Origin: Patescibacteria group bacterium
Lineage (GTDB): Bacteria > Patescibacteriota > Patescibacteriia > SG8-24 > DYFX01
Length of the DNA stretch: 51,452 bases
Direction of reading: 5' to 3'
NCBI GenBank assembly: GCA_030583805.1
Contig: CP129476.1
Location: forward strand, 1 to 51,452
Within the stretch, counting starts at the first letter, position 1. Each line of letters opens with the position of its first letter. This document shows, in pieces, positions 8,726-16,779 of the stretch. Below the pieces are notes generated by a model that worked only from the letters and a program-made list of their open reading frames with translations, had not been told where the DNA came from and did no database searches. A program made the translations under genes and the position numbers.

Positions 8726-9418
8726 TCACGCGCGGATCTCGACGCGCAGTCCCGGCTTGGAAGCCCGGATGCGTTCCGCGACCGCGTTCAGATCGAGATT
8801 GGGGGCGCGGGGCAGGTGCGTTTGAAGCGTTTTCTCGTAGCGGATCTCCTGCAGGACATAGCAGTCATCGGTCCCGAGGTTTTCGGCGATCTCGACGAGG
8901 TCATCTTCCGTCTGCAGGTACGGATACACGGTCGTGCGAAACTCGCTGGCGATGCCGGAGGAGCGGATGATGCGCATCGTCTCGATGCAATTTTCGGTCG
9001 CGGCCCGCGCGGCCGTGCCGATCACGGAACCGTAGTCTCTCCAGACGTGCTTGAGGTCCATGGCGAAAAAATCGGCCAGCCCCTCCTGAATGATCCGCTC
9101 GATCATGCGCGGATGCACGCCGTTGGTATCGAGCTTCGTTTCAAGTCCCATCGATTTGAGTTCGGACAAGAACTCCGGCAGATCGTGGTGGACCGTCGGT
9201 TCTCCGCCCGTCACGACGACGCCGTCGAGAAAGAGCTTGCGCTCGCCGATGCGGTCCAGGACGTCTTCCGTTTCCAGCACGTTCTTTCCTTGCGGCGCGA
9301 TGAGTTCGGGGTTGTGGCAATACACGCAGCGAAACGGACATCCTTGCGTGAAGACGACGGCCGCGACGCGGCCTGGGAAATCAAGCAGGCTGAGCGGCTG
9401 CAGTCCGGCGATGCGCAT
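8726..9418 (-). CDS. nrdG: Anaerobic ribonucleoside-triphosphate reductase activating protein (radical SAM)
   Basis: Starts MRIAGLQPLSLLDFPG. Radical-SAM cluster motif CPFRCVYCHN. Overlaps the nrdD 3' end by 38 nt. The 431-aa ORF extension upstream is rejected. Confidence 0.9.
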   Translation of the reverse strand: MRIAGLQPLSLLDFPGRVAAVVFTQGCPFRCVYCHNPELIAPQGKNVLETEDVLDRIGERKLFLDGVVVTGGEPTVHHDLPEFLSELKSMGLETKLDTNGVHPRMIERIIQEGLADFFAMDLKHVWRDYGSVIGTAARAATENCIETMRIIRSSGIASEFRTTVYPYLQTEDDLVEIAENLGTDDCYVLQEIRYEKTLQTHLPRAPNLDLNAVAERIRASKPGLRVEIRA

Positions 9419-11213
9419 AGGAGGCGTTGTGATTCGGCATTTCGTATTCCTTGCGGTGGACGTACTCGCTTTTCTTGCCGACGTTCCATTGGTCGACGGG
9501 GCGGAAGTAGCCGACGATGCGCGACCACACCTCGCAGCGCTCGCCGCACGCCGGACATTCCGGCTTTTCGCCTTCGAGATAGCCGTGCGACGGGCAGATG
9601 CTGAAGGTCGGCGTGATCGTGAAGTAGGGCAGGTGGTGCGTTTCGGCGACTTTGCGGACGAAGCGCGCGCAAGTCTTCCAATCGCGCACGCGCTCGCCGA
9701 GGAACAGGTGCAAGACGGTGCCGCCGGTATATTTCGATTGCAGGGCGTCCTGATGTCCGAGCGCGTCGAGCGGATCGTTCGTGTGATTGACGGGCAGGTG
9801 CGAAGAGTTCGTGTAGTACGGCGCTTGCGGCGTTCCGGCTTGCAGGATGTCCGGCCAGCGCTTGCGATCTTCTTTCGCGAAGCGGTACGTCGTGCCTTCG
9901 GCCGGCGTCGCTTCCAGATTGTAGAGATGGCCCGTTTCTTCCTGATAGCCGACCAGACGCTCGCGCATGAACTCGAGCACGTCGAGCGCGAAGGCGCGGC
10001 CTTCCTCCGTGGCGATATCAACGCCGAGCAGATTCAAGCACGCCTCGTTCATGCCGTTCAGCCCGATCGTCGAAAAGTGGTTGCGCAGCGTGCCGAGGTA
10101 GCGCTTCGTGAACGGCAAGAGTCCGCGGTCGATGTTGCGCTGCACCGTGACGCGTTTCGTTTCGAGCGACTCTTTCGCCAGGTCCATCAGGCGGCCGAGG
10201 CGCGCCAGGAAGGTTTTTTTCGACTTCGCGCGATAGCCGATGCGGGCAAGATTAATGGTCACGACGCCGACCGATCCGGTCATCTCGGCCGAGCCGAACA
10301 AGCCGTTGCCGCGGGCTTTGAGGGCGCGGAGGTCGAGCTGCAGGCGGCAGCACATGCTGCGGACGTCTTTCGGATCCAGCGCCGAGTTCAAGAAGTTCTG
10401 GAAGTAGGGGATACCGTACTTGGCCGTCATTTCGAACAGGCGCCGCGCGTTCTCGGACTCCCAATCGAAATCCTTCGTGATGTTGTACGTCGGGATCGGG
10501 AAGGTGAAGACGCGCCCGCGGGCGTCGCCGGCCGTCATGACTTCGATGAAGGCGCGATTGATCATCTCCATCTCCGGCGCGCAGTCCGCGTAGGTGTACG
10601 GCTGATCGACCTGGGCAATGCGCGGGCGTTTGTCCCGCAGGTCTTCCGGCACCGTCCAGTCGAGCGTGATGTTGGTGAACGGCGTCTGCATGCCCCAGCG
10701 CGACGGCACGTTGAGATTGAAGACGAATTGCTGGACGGCTTGGCGCACGGCGTCGTAGTCTAACCCGTCGTTTTTGACGTACGGCGCCAGCAGCGTGTCG
10801 AACGAGGAAAAGGCTTGCGCCCCGGCCCACTCGTTTTGCAGCGTACCGAGAAAGTTCACCATCTGTCCGAGCGCCGTTTCAAAGTGCTTCGGCGGCGCCG
10901 ACTCGACCCGCCCGGCGACCCCGTTGAAACCCTCTTCAAGCAGTTGGCGCAGGCTCCAGCCCGCGCAGTAGCCCGCAAACAAGTCGAGATCGTGGATGTG
11001 GAAATCGCCTTCGACGTGCGCCTTCTTCACGGCCTTCGAGTAGACGCGTTCGAGCCAATAGCGCGCCGTCAGCTTTCCAGAAATGTTCAAGATCATTCCG
11101 CCAAGCGAATAGCCCTGATTGGCGTTCGCGTGCACGCGCCAGTCCGATCGATCCAAGTACTCTTCGATGGTCGCGATCGCGTTGACGTGGGAAGCAGGGG
11201 GCTTGGCCGGCAT
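9381..11213 (-). CDS. nrdD: Anaerobic (class III) ribonucleoside-triphosphate reductase, no ATP-cone
   Basis: 610 aa. C-terminal zinc site CPSHG..CPACG and glycyl-radical motif RIVGYFRP. N-terminus EEYLDRSDWRVHANAN. Confidence 0.92.
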   Translation of the reverse strand: MPAKPPASHVNAIATIEEYLDRSDWRVHANANQGYSLGGMILNISGKLTARYWLERVYSKAVKKAHVEGDFHIHDLDLFAGYCAGWSLRQLLEEGFNGVAGRVESAPPKHFETALGQMVNFLGTLQNEWAGAQAFSSFDTLLAPYVKNDGLDYDAVRQAVQQFVFNLNVPSRWGMQTPFTNITLDWTVPEDLRDKRPRIAQVDQPYTYADCAPEMEMINRAFIEVMTAGDARGRVFTFPIPTYNITKDFDWESENARRLFEMTAKYGIPYFQNFLNSALDPKDVRSMCCRLQLDLRALKARGNGLFGSAEMTGSVGVVTINLARIGYRAKSKKTFLARLGRLMDLAKESLETKRVTVQRNIDRGLLPFTKRYLGTLRNHFSTIGLNGMNEACLNLLGVDIATEEGRAFALDVLEFMRERLVGYQEETGHLYNLEATPAEGTTYRFAKEDRKRWPDILQAGTPQAPYYTNSSHLPVNHTNDPLDALGHQDALQSKYTGGTVLHLFLGERVRDWKTCARFVRKVAETHHLPYFTITPTFSICPSHGYLEGEKPECPACGERCEVWSRIVGYFRPVDQWNVGKKSEYVHRKEYEMPNHNASYAHRRTAAAQPA

Positions 11214-11233
11214 AGGAAAGAGGGGAAATGAAT

Positions 11234-11260
11234 AAAAAAAGCACGCGACGGGCGCGAGCT
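11234..11260 (-). terminator. Hairpin plus T7 tract between the Com-like ORF and nrdD (terminator or attenuator)
   Basis: Minus strand agctcgcg-cccgt-cgcgtgct (one mismatch) followed by TTTTTTT. Ends 20 nt before the nrdD ATG. Confidence 0.5.
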
Positions 11261-11286
11261 TCTGGAGCTTCTGCGGGGTACGGACG

Positions 11287-11484
11287 CTAGTTGGCGGACG
11301 GCGGCAGGATCCGGCCTGGGCAAGGGTCGATCATGCACAGGAGCCGGTCGTGGCGCGAAGCGGACACGGTCGTGACGGCGTGGCAGTGCTTGCATTTGAT
11401 CTCCACGGACCCCTCGACCAGGAGGCCCTTGAAGAGCAGCTTTTTGCACTGCGCACAGCGGTATTCCGAGAGACAGGCGGGCAT
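11287..11484 (-). CDS. Small zinc-ribbon protein resembling phage Mu Com
   Basis: 65 aa. RCAQCKKLLFKG...VEIKCKHCH compares with Mu Com RCKNCNKLLFKA...IEIRCPRCK (recalled from memory). Confidence 0.6.
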   Translation of the reverse strand: MPACLSEYRCAQCKKLLFKGLLVEGSVEIKCKHCHAVTTVSASRHDRLLCMIDPCPGRILPPSAN

Positions 11485-11509
11485 ACGGAATCGGTTATGC
11501 ACAAGCTCT

Positions 11510-11525
11510 CTACTAGATATGGTAG
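11510..11525. promoter_or_regulatory. NrdR-box-like palindrome 1 (ctactagatatggtag)
   Basis: About 10/16 match to the recalled NrdR consensus acaCwAtATaTwGtgt. Overlaps the candidate -10 TACCAT of the minus-strand promoter. Confidence 0.35.
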
Positions 11526-11541
11526 CTAGAAAATAGGCAGA

Positions 11542-11557
11542 CCACAATATGTGGTGT
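11542..11557. promoter_or_regulatory. NrdR-box-like palindrome 2 (ccacaatatgtggtgt)
   Basis: About 12/16 match to the consensus. Centre is 32 bp from box 1. Overlaps the candidate -35 TTGTGG. Confidence 0.4.
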
Positions 11558-11581
11558 GGAAAAGTTTGGCGCGCGAAAAGC

Positions 11582-11610
11582 TTGACAGTGCGACTAAGTC
11601 GCATTAATCT
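11582..11610 (+). promoter_or_regulatory. Promoter TTGACA-N17-TAATCT with a 7-1-7 palindromic operator in the spacer
   Basis: tgcgact-a-agtcgca (11589-11603) is a perfect inverted repeat. The ATG of the Fur-family gene lies 9 nt after the -10. Confidence 0.6.
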
Positions 11611-11619
11611 TGGGTCGAT

Positions 11620-12039
11620 ATGGATCAAGACCCGTTTTTCCGAACGTTGCGTGCCGGCGGCCATCGTTTGACCCAAGCGCGCATGGCCGTCATCGCAGCC
11701 CTTCGCAAAGCCTCGGCACCTCTCAGCGCGGCGGAGATTTTGGCTTCATGCCTTGCTGCTGGCGCTCGTATCGACCGCGCGACGGCCTATCGCGAGCTGG
11801 AGTTTTTGGCGTCGTCCGGTATCGCTCTCCCAGTGCGTCTTGAAGGCCGCTCGCTGCGGTACGAGATTTCCGACCGAGGGCATCATCACCATGCGGTCTG
11901 TCTCAAATGCGAAAACATCCAGGAGGTCAAGGCGGATGCGGCGCTTGAGGCCGCTGAAACACGCGTCGCCAAGCGCGTCGGCTTCACGGTGTTGCGGCAC
12001 GCTTTCGAGCTGTTCGGCCTCTGTAAAAAATGCCGTTGA
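11620..12039 (+). CDS. Fur-family metalloregulator (Fur/Zur/PerR type)
   Basis: Winged-helix N-terminus (LTQARMAVIAAL), HHHH, and structural Zn motifs CLKC and CKKC. Confidence 0.85.
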   Translation: MDQDPFFRTLRAGGHRLTQARMAVIAALRKASAPLSAAEILASCLAAGARIDRATAYRELEFLASSGIALPVRLEGRSLRYEISDRGHHHHAVCLKCENIQEVKADAALEAAETRVAKRVGFTVLRHAFELFGLCKKCR

Positions 12040-12040
12040 T

Positions 12041-12979
12041 ATGAGAATCGCATTCGTTGGAAAAGGCGGCAGCGGCAAGACGACGCTCTCGGCGCTCTTC
12101 TCCCGATACCTGGCGCTGCTCGGCAAGCCGGTGCTCGCGATCGACGCTGACATCAACCAGCATCTCGCGTTGGCGCTCGGCGCGCCGGAAGGTTTTGCTG
12201 CTCCTGCCCTGGCGGCTGATATGCGCCTGCTCAAGGAATACGTGCGCGGCGCGAATCCGCGCATCGGATCGGCTGATGAAATGGTGAAGACAACGCCTCC
12301 AGGGCACGGCTCGCGTTTGCTGCGCCTCGGCGAGCGTAACCCCGTCTTCACGGCTTTCAGTAAAACCATCGGCGGCGTGACGCATCTCGCGACGGGCGAG
12401 TTCGAAAGCGGCGATATCGGCGTGAAATGCTTTCACTCCAAGACGGGAGCGGTCGAGCTTTTGCTGAACCATCTCGTCGACGGAAAAGGGGAGTACGTGG
12501 TCGTCGACATGACAGCCGGCGCAGACGCGTTCGCCTCGGGCCTGTTCGCGAAGTTCGACCTGCTTGTCGTCGTGGCGGAGCCGACGCGCCAGGCACTCGG
12601 CGTCTGGGAGCAATACCAGGCGCACGGTGCCGGTTACGATCTGGCATTCGCTCTCATCGGCAACAAAGTCGAAGATGCGTCGGATGAAGCGTTTCTCCGC
12701 GCGCAGGTCGGCGAAGCGCTCCTTTCCGTGATGCCGCGCTCGAAAGCCATTCGCGCGATGGAGCGCGGTGAAACTACGTCGCTTGAAGCGCTCGAGCCGC
12801 GCGTACTCGGAACGCTTGAGGTTTTGCGCGCCGCTTTGGACGACCGCACGCGCGACTGGGAAGCGATGCGGCGCCAGTCGATCGCGTTTCACCTGAAGAA
12901 TGCCGCATCGTGGGCCAATGCGGCCGTCGGACGCGACCTCTCGACGCAGGTCGATCCCGACTTTCGGTATCCGGCCTGA
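12041..12979 (+). CDS. MinD/CooC-type (SIMIBI) P-loop ATPase
   Basis: Deviant Walker A GKGGSGKTT, Walker B VVVDMTAG. ATG is 2 nt after the Fur stop. The ORF extension from 11753 is rejected. Confidence 0.75.
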   Translation: MRIAFVGKGGSGKTTLSALFSRYLALLGKPVLAIDADINQHLALALGAPEGFAAPALAADMRLLKEYVRGANPRIGSADEMVKTTPPGHGSRLLRLGERNPVFTAFSKTIGGVTHLATGEFESGDIGVKCFHSKTGAVELLLNHLVDGKGEYVVVDMTAGADAFASGLFAKFDLLVVVAEPTRQALGVWEQYQAHGAGYDLAFALIGNKVEDASDEAFLRAQVGEALLSVMPRSKAIRAMERGETTSLEALEPRVLGTLEVLRAALDDRTRDWEAMRRQSIAFHLKNAASWANAAVGRDLSTQVDPDFRYPA

Positions 12980-13054
12980 TTGGCCGTCGGCCAGGCTCCC
13001 GTGCAGGGGCGCTTGGCCGGCGGCGAACGCCGGAGAAAAGAAGAGGGGCTCACC

Positions 13055-13456
13055 GTGTCGCTCACCATTCCACGACGGATGCTCGAAGCCGTGCAGAACG
13101 GGTCATCCGTGACCGACGATGCCTTCGTGCGCGTCATCCACGACTCCCTGCACGACGCCTTCCACATCGTCGAACATCTCGCCGCGCAGCTCTTCGCCTA
13201 CGCGCCGGAGGTCGACCTCGCCGTGCATGCGCCGGCGCGCATGGACGACGGTCCGCGCGGGCAGCTCCTGCGCCTCATGGCCAGCAACGCCTTGCGCGGC
13301 GCCGTCGAGCGGCGGTTCAACGTGCGCCTGGCCTTCCAGAACTGCCACAAGGTGGCCGCCTTCCGTCCAGAAGCCGTCGACGGCCCGGCCTGGAAGGCCT
13401 TCACCTCGATCGAGGCGCAGGTACTGAACCAGGCGCCCGATTCCCTCGACTGCTAG
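13055..13456 (+). CDS. Conserved hypothetical protein, possibly related to the actinobacterial SCO5389 family
   Basis: GTG start after a GAAGAGGGG SD. LAFQNCHKVA and C-terminal LNQAPDSLDC resemble my recollection of that family. Unverified. Confidence 0.55.
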   Translation: MSLTIPRRMLEAVQNGSSVTDDAFVRVIHDSLHDAFHIVEHLAAQLFAYAPEVDLAVHAPARMDDGPRGQLLRLMASNALRGAVERRFNVRLAFQNCHKVAAFRPEAVDGPAWKAFTSIEAQVLNQAPDSLDC

Positions 13457-13460
13457 CCTC

Positions 13461-13491
13461 GCCCGAAACCCGCCTTGTTTCGGGCTTTTTT
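13461..13491 (+). terminator. Intrinsic terminator
   Basis: 9-bp stem gcccgaaac/gtttcgggc followed by TTTTTT. Confidence 0.8.
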
Positions 13492-13551
13492 ATATGGCGT
13501 TACCTTCTGAAAACCCGTTCGTAGTACACTGGTGAGAGCGCTCCCAACCCC

Positions 13552-14073
13552 ATGGATACCCAGAAGTTCGCGTCGCTTTACGACGCGCACGTCCGCGACA
13601 TCTACAAATACCTCTACTACCGCACGCAGCATCGCGAAACGGCAGAGGATTTGACGTCCCAGGTATTTCTCAAGGCGCTCGACAAGTTCGAGGCCTACGA
13701 CGAAACGCGCGGCACCTTTATCGCCTGGCTCTACCGTATCGCGCGGAACACGATGATCGATCATTTCCGATCGACGCGCGCGGCGCTCGATATCGAGGAC
13801 GTTTGGGACCTGCAATCCGATTCGGACGTCGTGCGCGACGCTGAAGCGAGCGAACGTATCGCGAAACTTCAGCCGTATCTTTCGGCGCTGCCGCGAGAAC
13901 AACGCGAGCTCCTGCTCCTGCGCCTCTGGGACGGCCTTTCCTACGCCGAAATCGCCGAGATCCTCGGTAAGAGCGAGGACGCCTGCAAGATGGCGTACTC
14001 CCGCGTCGTCGCCAAGCTCCGCAAGGAGGTTCCCGCCTCGATCCTGCTTCTCCTTCTCTTCACGCATCTATGA
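13552..14073 (+). CDS. ECF (group 4) sigma-70 family sigma factor
   Basis: Region 2 (FIAWLYRIARNTMIDHFR) and region 4 (LSYAEIAEILGKSEDACKMAYSR). Confidence 0.85.
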   Translation: MDTQKFASLYDAHVRDIYKYLYYRTQHRETAEDLTSQVFLKALDKFEAYDETRGTFIAWLYRIARNTMIDHFRSTRAALDIEDVWDLQSDSDVVRDAEASERIAKLQPYLSALPREQRELLLLRLWDGLSYAEIAEILGKSEDACKMAYSRVVAKLRKEVPASILLLLLFTHL

Positions 14074-15590
14074 TCGACCCACAACGCATCACTACGCTTC
14101 TTGAAGAGCTCTACGCGATCGAGCCGGGACTCCGCGCGCAAGACGCCGCGCTCCGGACGCTCGTGCAAGAGCTGCTCGCCTCGAAGCCCGAAGCGGCGCT
14201 CGACGATCGATTCATCGAGCGTCTCCGCGCCGAACTCACGGCGCGCGCACCCTCTTCGTCTACTCCATTCAGCCTTATGCAAATTTTCTCCACCAAACAT
14301 CGTCTCTTCGTTCCTGGTCTCGCCATGCTCGTCGTGGCCGTGGTCGGTACCGCCGTCTTCCAAAGCATGAAATCGTCGGGAACCGGCACGCCGTCCCGCC
14401 TCGCGATGGCTCCCGGAGTGGAGCGCGTCAGCGAGAACGCTTTCGGCAGGCTCGGGGGCGGAAGCCCGGTCGCGGAAAGCGACGCGAGCGGCGCCGTGAC
14501 GTCGGCTCCCACGCCGGCTCCCGCCATGGGCGCCACCCGTCCGCAATCCGGCGGCGGATCCGGATTCGCCGCCGACGCGAAAATGATCGCGCCGGACTGG
14601 ATTCCCACGCTCTACCGTTATGTCTACAAGGGTGAAGCCATCGAGAACTTGGACGCGCGTATCGACGTGTACCGCCGCGTGAAGGCCGCTCCGGCCGTCG
14701 GTCCGCTCGCCGCGCTGACGCAAGCCGATCTCGGCCTCGTCGACTTGAGCCGGGCCAAGGACGGATACGTCCAGTCCTTCACGGTCGCCGAAAATCGCGA
14801 TCAGGGCTATATCTTCAACGTCGACGCGCAGGAAGGTATGGTCAACATCTTCCAAAACGGCAAATGGTTCTCGCCGCTCTCGCGCTGCATGGATCAGAAC
14901 TGCTACGAGCAGAACCGTCTCAAGGAGAGCGACCTTCTTTCCGACGAGGAGTCGATCCGGATCGCCGACGCCTTCCTCGCCGAGTACGGCATTTCGAAGG
15001 CCGACTACGGCGCTCCGATCGTGAACGACCAGTGGCGCGTGCAGTACGCCGCCATGGACGCCGCCGCGCGCTCCTCGTTCTGGTTCCCTGAAGGCATCAG
15101 CGTCGTCTACCCGGTGCTCGTCGACGGCAAGGTCGCCTACGACGAATCCGGCGCTCCGTACGGCTTGAACGTCAACGTCGACGTTCGCGCCAAGCGCGCC
15201 CAGAGCGTCTGGAACCTCTTCACGCGCACCTACCAGGTGTCTTCGTACGCCGCGGAAACCGATGCCAAGCGCCTGATCGGCATTGCCGAGAACACCGACA
15301 ACTACGGCGGCGAATGGCCGGCCAACACGAAATACGTCGATGTCGAACTCGGGACGCCGCGCATCGCCTACGTCCGTTCCTGGCAGCAGATGGGGAACAC
15401 CGGCGCCGAAATCTTGGTGCCCGCGCTCATCTTCCCCGTGCAGAACGGCCCCGCCGAGCTTTGGCGCCAGAACGTGATCGTTCCCTTGGCCAAGGATCTG
15501 CTTGATGCCATGCCGCCCACGGTCGGCATTCCGATGCCGGTCGATCTGCCGGCTCCGGCACCGGCCGTCGAACCGACCGAGATCAAATAA
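14070..15590 (+). CDS. Putative anti-sigma factor / single-pass membrane protein with a large extracytoplasmic domain
   Basis: ATGA overlap with the sigma gene. Cytoplasmic N-terminus, one TM (LAMLVVAVVGTAVF), about 400 aa outside. No recognisable domain. Confidence 0.5.
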   Translation: MIDPQRITTLLEELYAIEPGLRAQDAALRTLVQELLASKPEAALDDRFIERLRAELTARAPSSSTPFSLMQIFSTKHRLFVPGLAMLVVAVVGTAVFQSMKSSGTGTPSRLAMAPGVERVSENAFGRLGGGSPVAESDASGAVTSAPTPAPAMGATRPQSGGGSGFAADAKMIAPDWIPTLYRYVYKGEAIENLDARIDVYRRVKAAPAVGPLAALTQADLGLVDLSRAKDGYVQSFTVAENRDQGYIFNVDAQEGMVNIFQNGKWFSPLSRCMDQNCYEQNRLKESDLLSDEESIRIADAFLAEYGISKADYGAPIVNDQWRVQYAAMDAAARSSFWFPEGISVVYPVLVDGKVAYDESGAPYGLNVNVDVRAKRAQSVWNLFTRTYQVSSYAAETDAKRLIGIAENTDNYGGEWPANTKYVDVELGTPRIAYVRSWQQMGNTGAEILVPALIFPVQNGPAELWRQNVIVPLAKDLLDAMPPTVGIPMPVDLPAPAPAVEPTEIK

Positions 15591-15595
15591 TCGCT

Positions 15596-16270
15596 ATGAT
15601 CGAACGGATCGGCCGCGTCGGCCACGCGCCGGAGAGGCTCGTCTACCGCGATCTCAAGCTGGAGCGAAAGGGTTTCCTTTCGCTTTTCAGCTTTGCGCTC
15701 GAAAGTTCCTCGCATCGCTTCGACGGCATGGCGCGCGGTCCGGCCGTGGTCGTGTTGCCGGCCGACTTCGCGCGGCGCGAACTCTACATGCTGCATGAAA
15801 TCCGTCCGCTCAAGCCCTTCGCGCATATCGCCGGCCCCCGGGAGACGCTGTCCACGCTGCTTGAAGGCGCCGAGGTTGCGCGTTGCGAGACCTCATCCGA
15901 CCAGGCGCGCCTCTACGAGATGCCGGCCGGCATGATTGACGGCGACGAAACGCCGGAGGAAGCGGCCGTGCGCGAGCTGCGCGAAGAAACCGGCTTGATC
16001 ATCCCGACGCGCTGCTTGCGTCGGGTCGCCTCGGTGTTTCCGTCCATCGGCGGCTCCACGGAATTCGTCCACCTGTTCATTGCCGATTTGCCGGAGACGC
16101 ACGCCCAGGATCGCGGGGAAGCCCTGGGCGACGGGGGAGAGGAGATCGAGATTTTAAAAATGGGTTGGGATGACGCCTTTGCGCTGCTCGAAACGGAAAC
16201 GATGGGCGTCTCGTCCGGCCTCCTGTTGCGCGAGCTCAAGATACTGGACATGGGGCGCGGAGTGCGCTAG
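15596..16270 (+). CDS. NUDIX hydrolase (ADP-ribose pyrophosphatase-like)
   Basis: NUDIX box GMIDGDETPEEAAVRELREETGL. Confidence 0.8.
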   Translation: MIERIGRVGHAPERLVYRDLKLERKGFLSLFSFALESSSHRFDGMARGPAVVVLPADFARRELYMLHEIRPLKPFAHIAGPRETLSTLLEGAEVARCETSSDQARLYEMPAGMIDGDETPEEAAVRELREETGLIIPTRCLRRVASVFPSIGGSTEFVHLFIADLPETHAQDRGEALGDGGEEIEILKMGWDDAFALLETETMGVSSGLLLRELKILDMGRGVR

Positions 16271-16300
16271 TCTTTTCGCGCACCCGCAACGGAGGACTGC

Positions 16301-16708
16301 GTGGAAAGCACATTCGAGCGTTATTGCATTTGCGGATCCTCGACCGGATACAACCGCGAGGTTCTGTTGCATGGATCACCGGTCGCCCACGAAGAACCGC
16401 GCGTCTGGACGCTGCTCACCAAGAGCCAGTCGCTGGCGCTGCTGCCGTGGCTGGAGGACAAGGATCGTCGGAGCGCCGTCATGGACTTCGGAGCTCGATG
16501 GGATCGCCCGTCGCCCGGAGCCTCGATCGTACAGCTGCGCGTCGTCCTGCTCGGGGACGTCGCGTTCAAGGCGCTCGCCGCGCTGACGCACGAGGCGAAC
16601 GCGTGCCTCAAGGTCATCGAGTACCGGGAGGCGCTCAGGAAGGATTCCGGACTCGACTGGCAGACCGACGGCTTGCTGCGCTACGTGTTTCACCATCTCG
16701 ACCGCTAG
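16301..16708 (+). CDS. Hypothetical protein
   Basis: GTG start 5 nt after GGAGG. Good GC3 frame. No recognisable motif. Confidence 0.5.
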   Translation: MESTFERYCICGSSTGYNREVLLHGSPVAHEEPRVWTLLTKSQSLALLPWLEDKDRRSAVMDFGARWDRPSPGASIVQLRVVLLGDVAFKALAALTHEANACLKVIEYREALRKDSGLDWQTDGLLRYVFHHLDR

Positions 16709-16710
16709 TC

Positions 16711-16739
16711 TTGACGGCGGGCCGATAACAGGGGATACT
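16711..16739 (+). promoter_or_regulatory. Promoter TTGACG-N17-GATACT
   Basis: ttgacg 16711-16716, 17-nt spacer, gatact 16734-16739. Confidence 0.45.
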
Positions 16740-16779
16740 CCCTCCGGCTCGTTTTTTCTTTCCAGGAGTTGATGGCGAG

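Noticed and set aside
8726-10021. A 431-aa ORF that would give NrdG a 200-aa N-terminal extension.
   Set aside because: The extension overlaps the nrdD coding frame and is Ser/Arg/Thr-rich junk. MRIAGLQPLSLLDFPG at 9418 matches the normal activase N-terminus.
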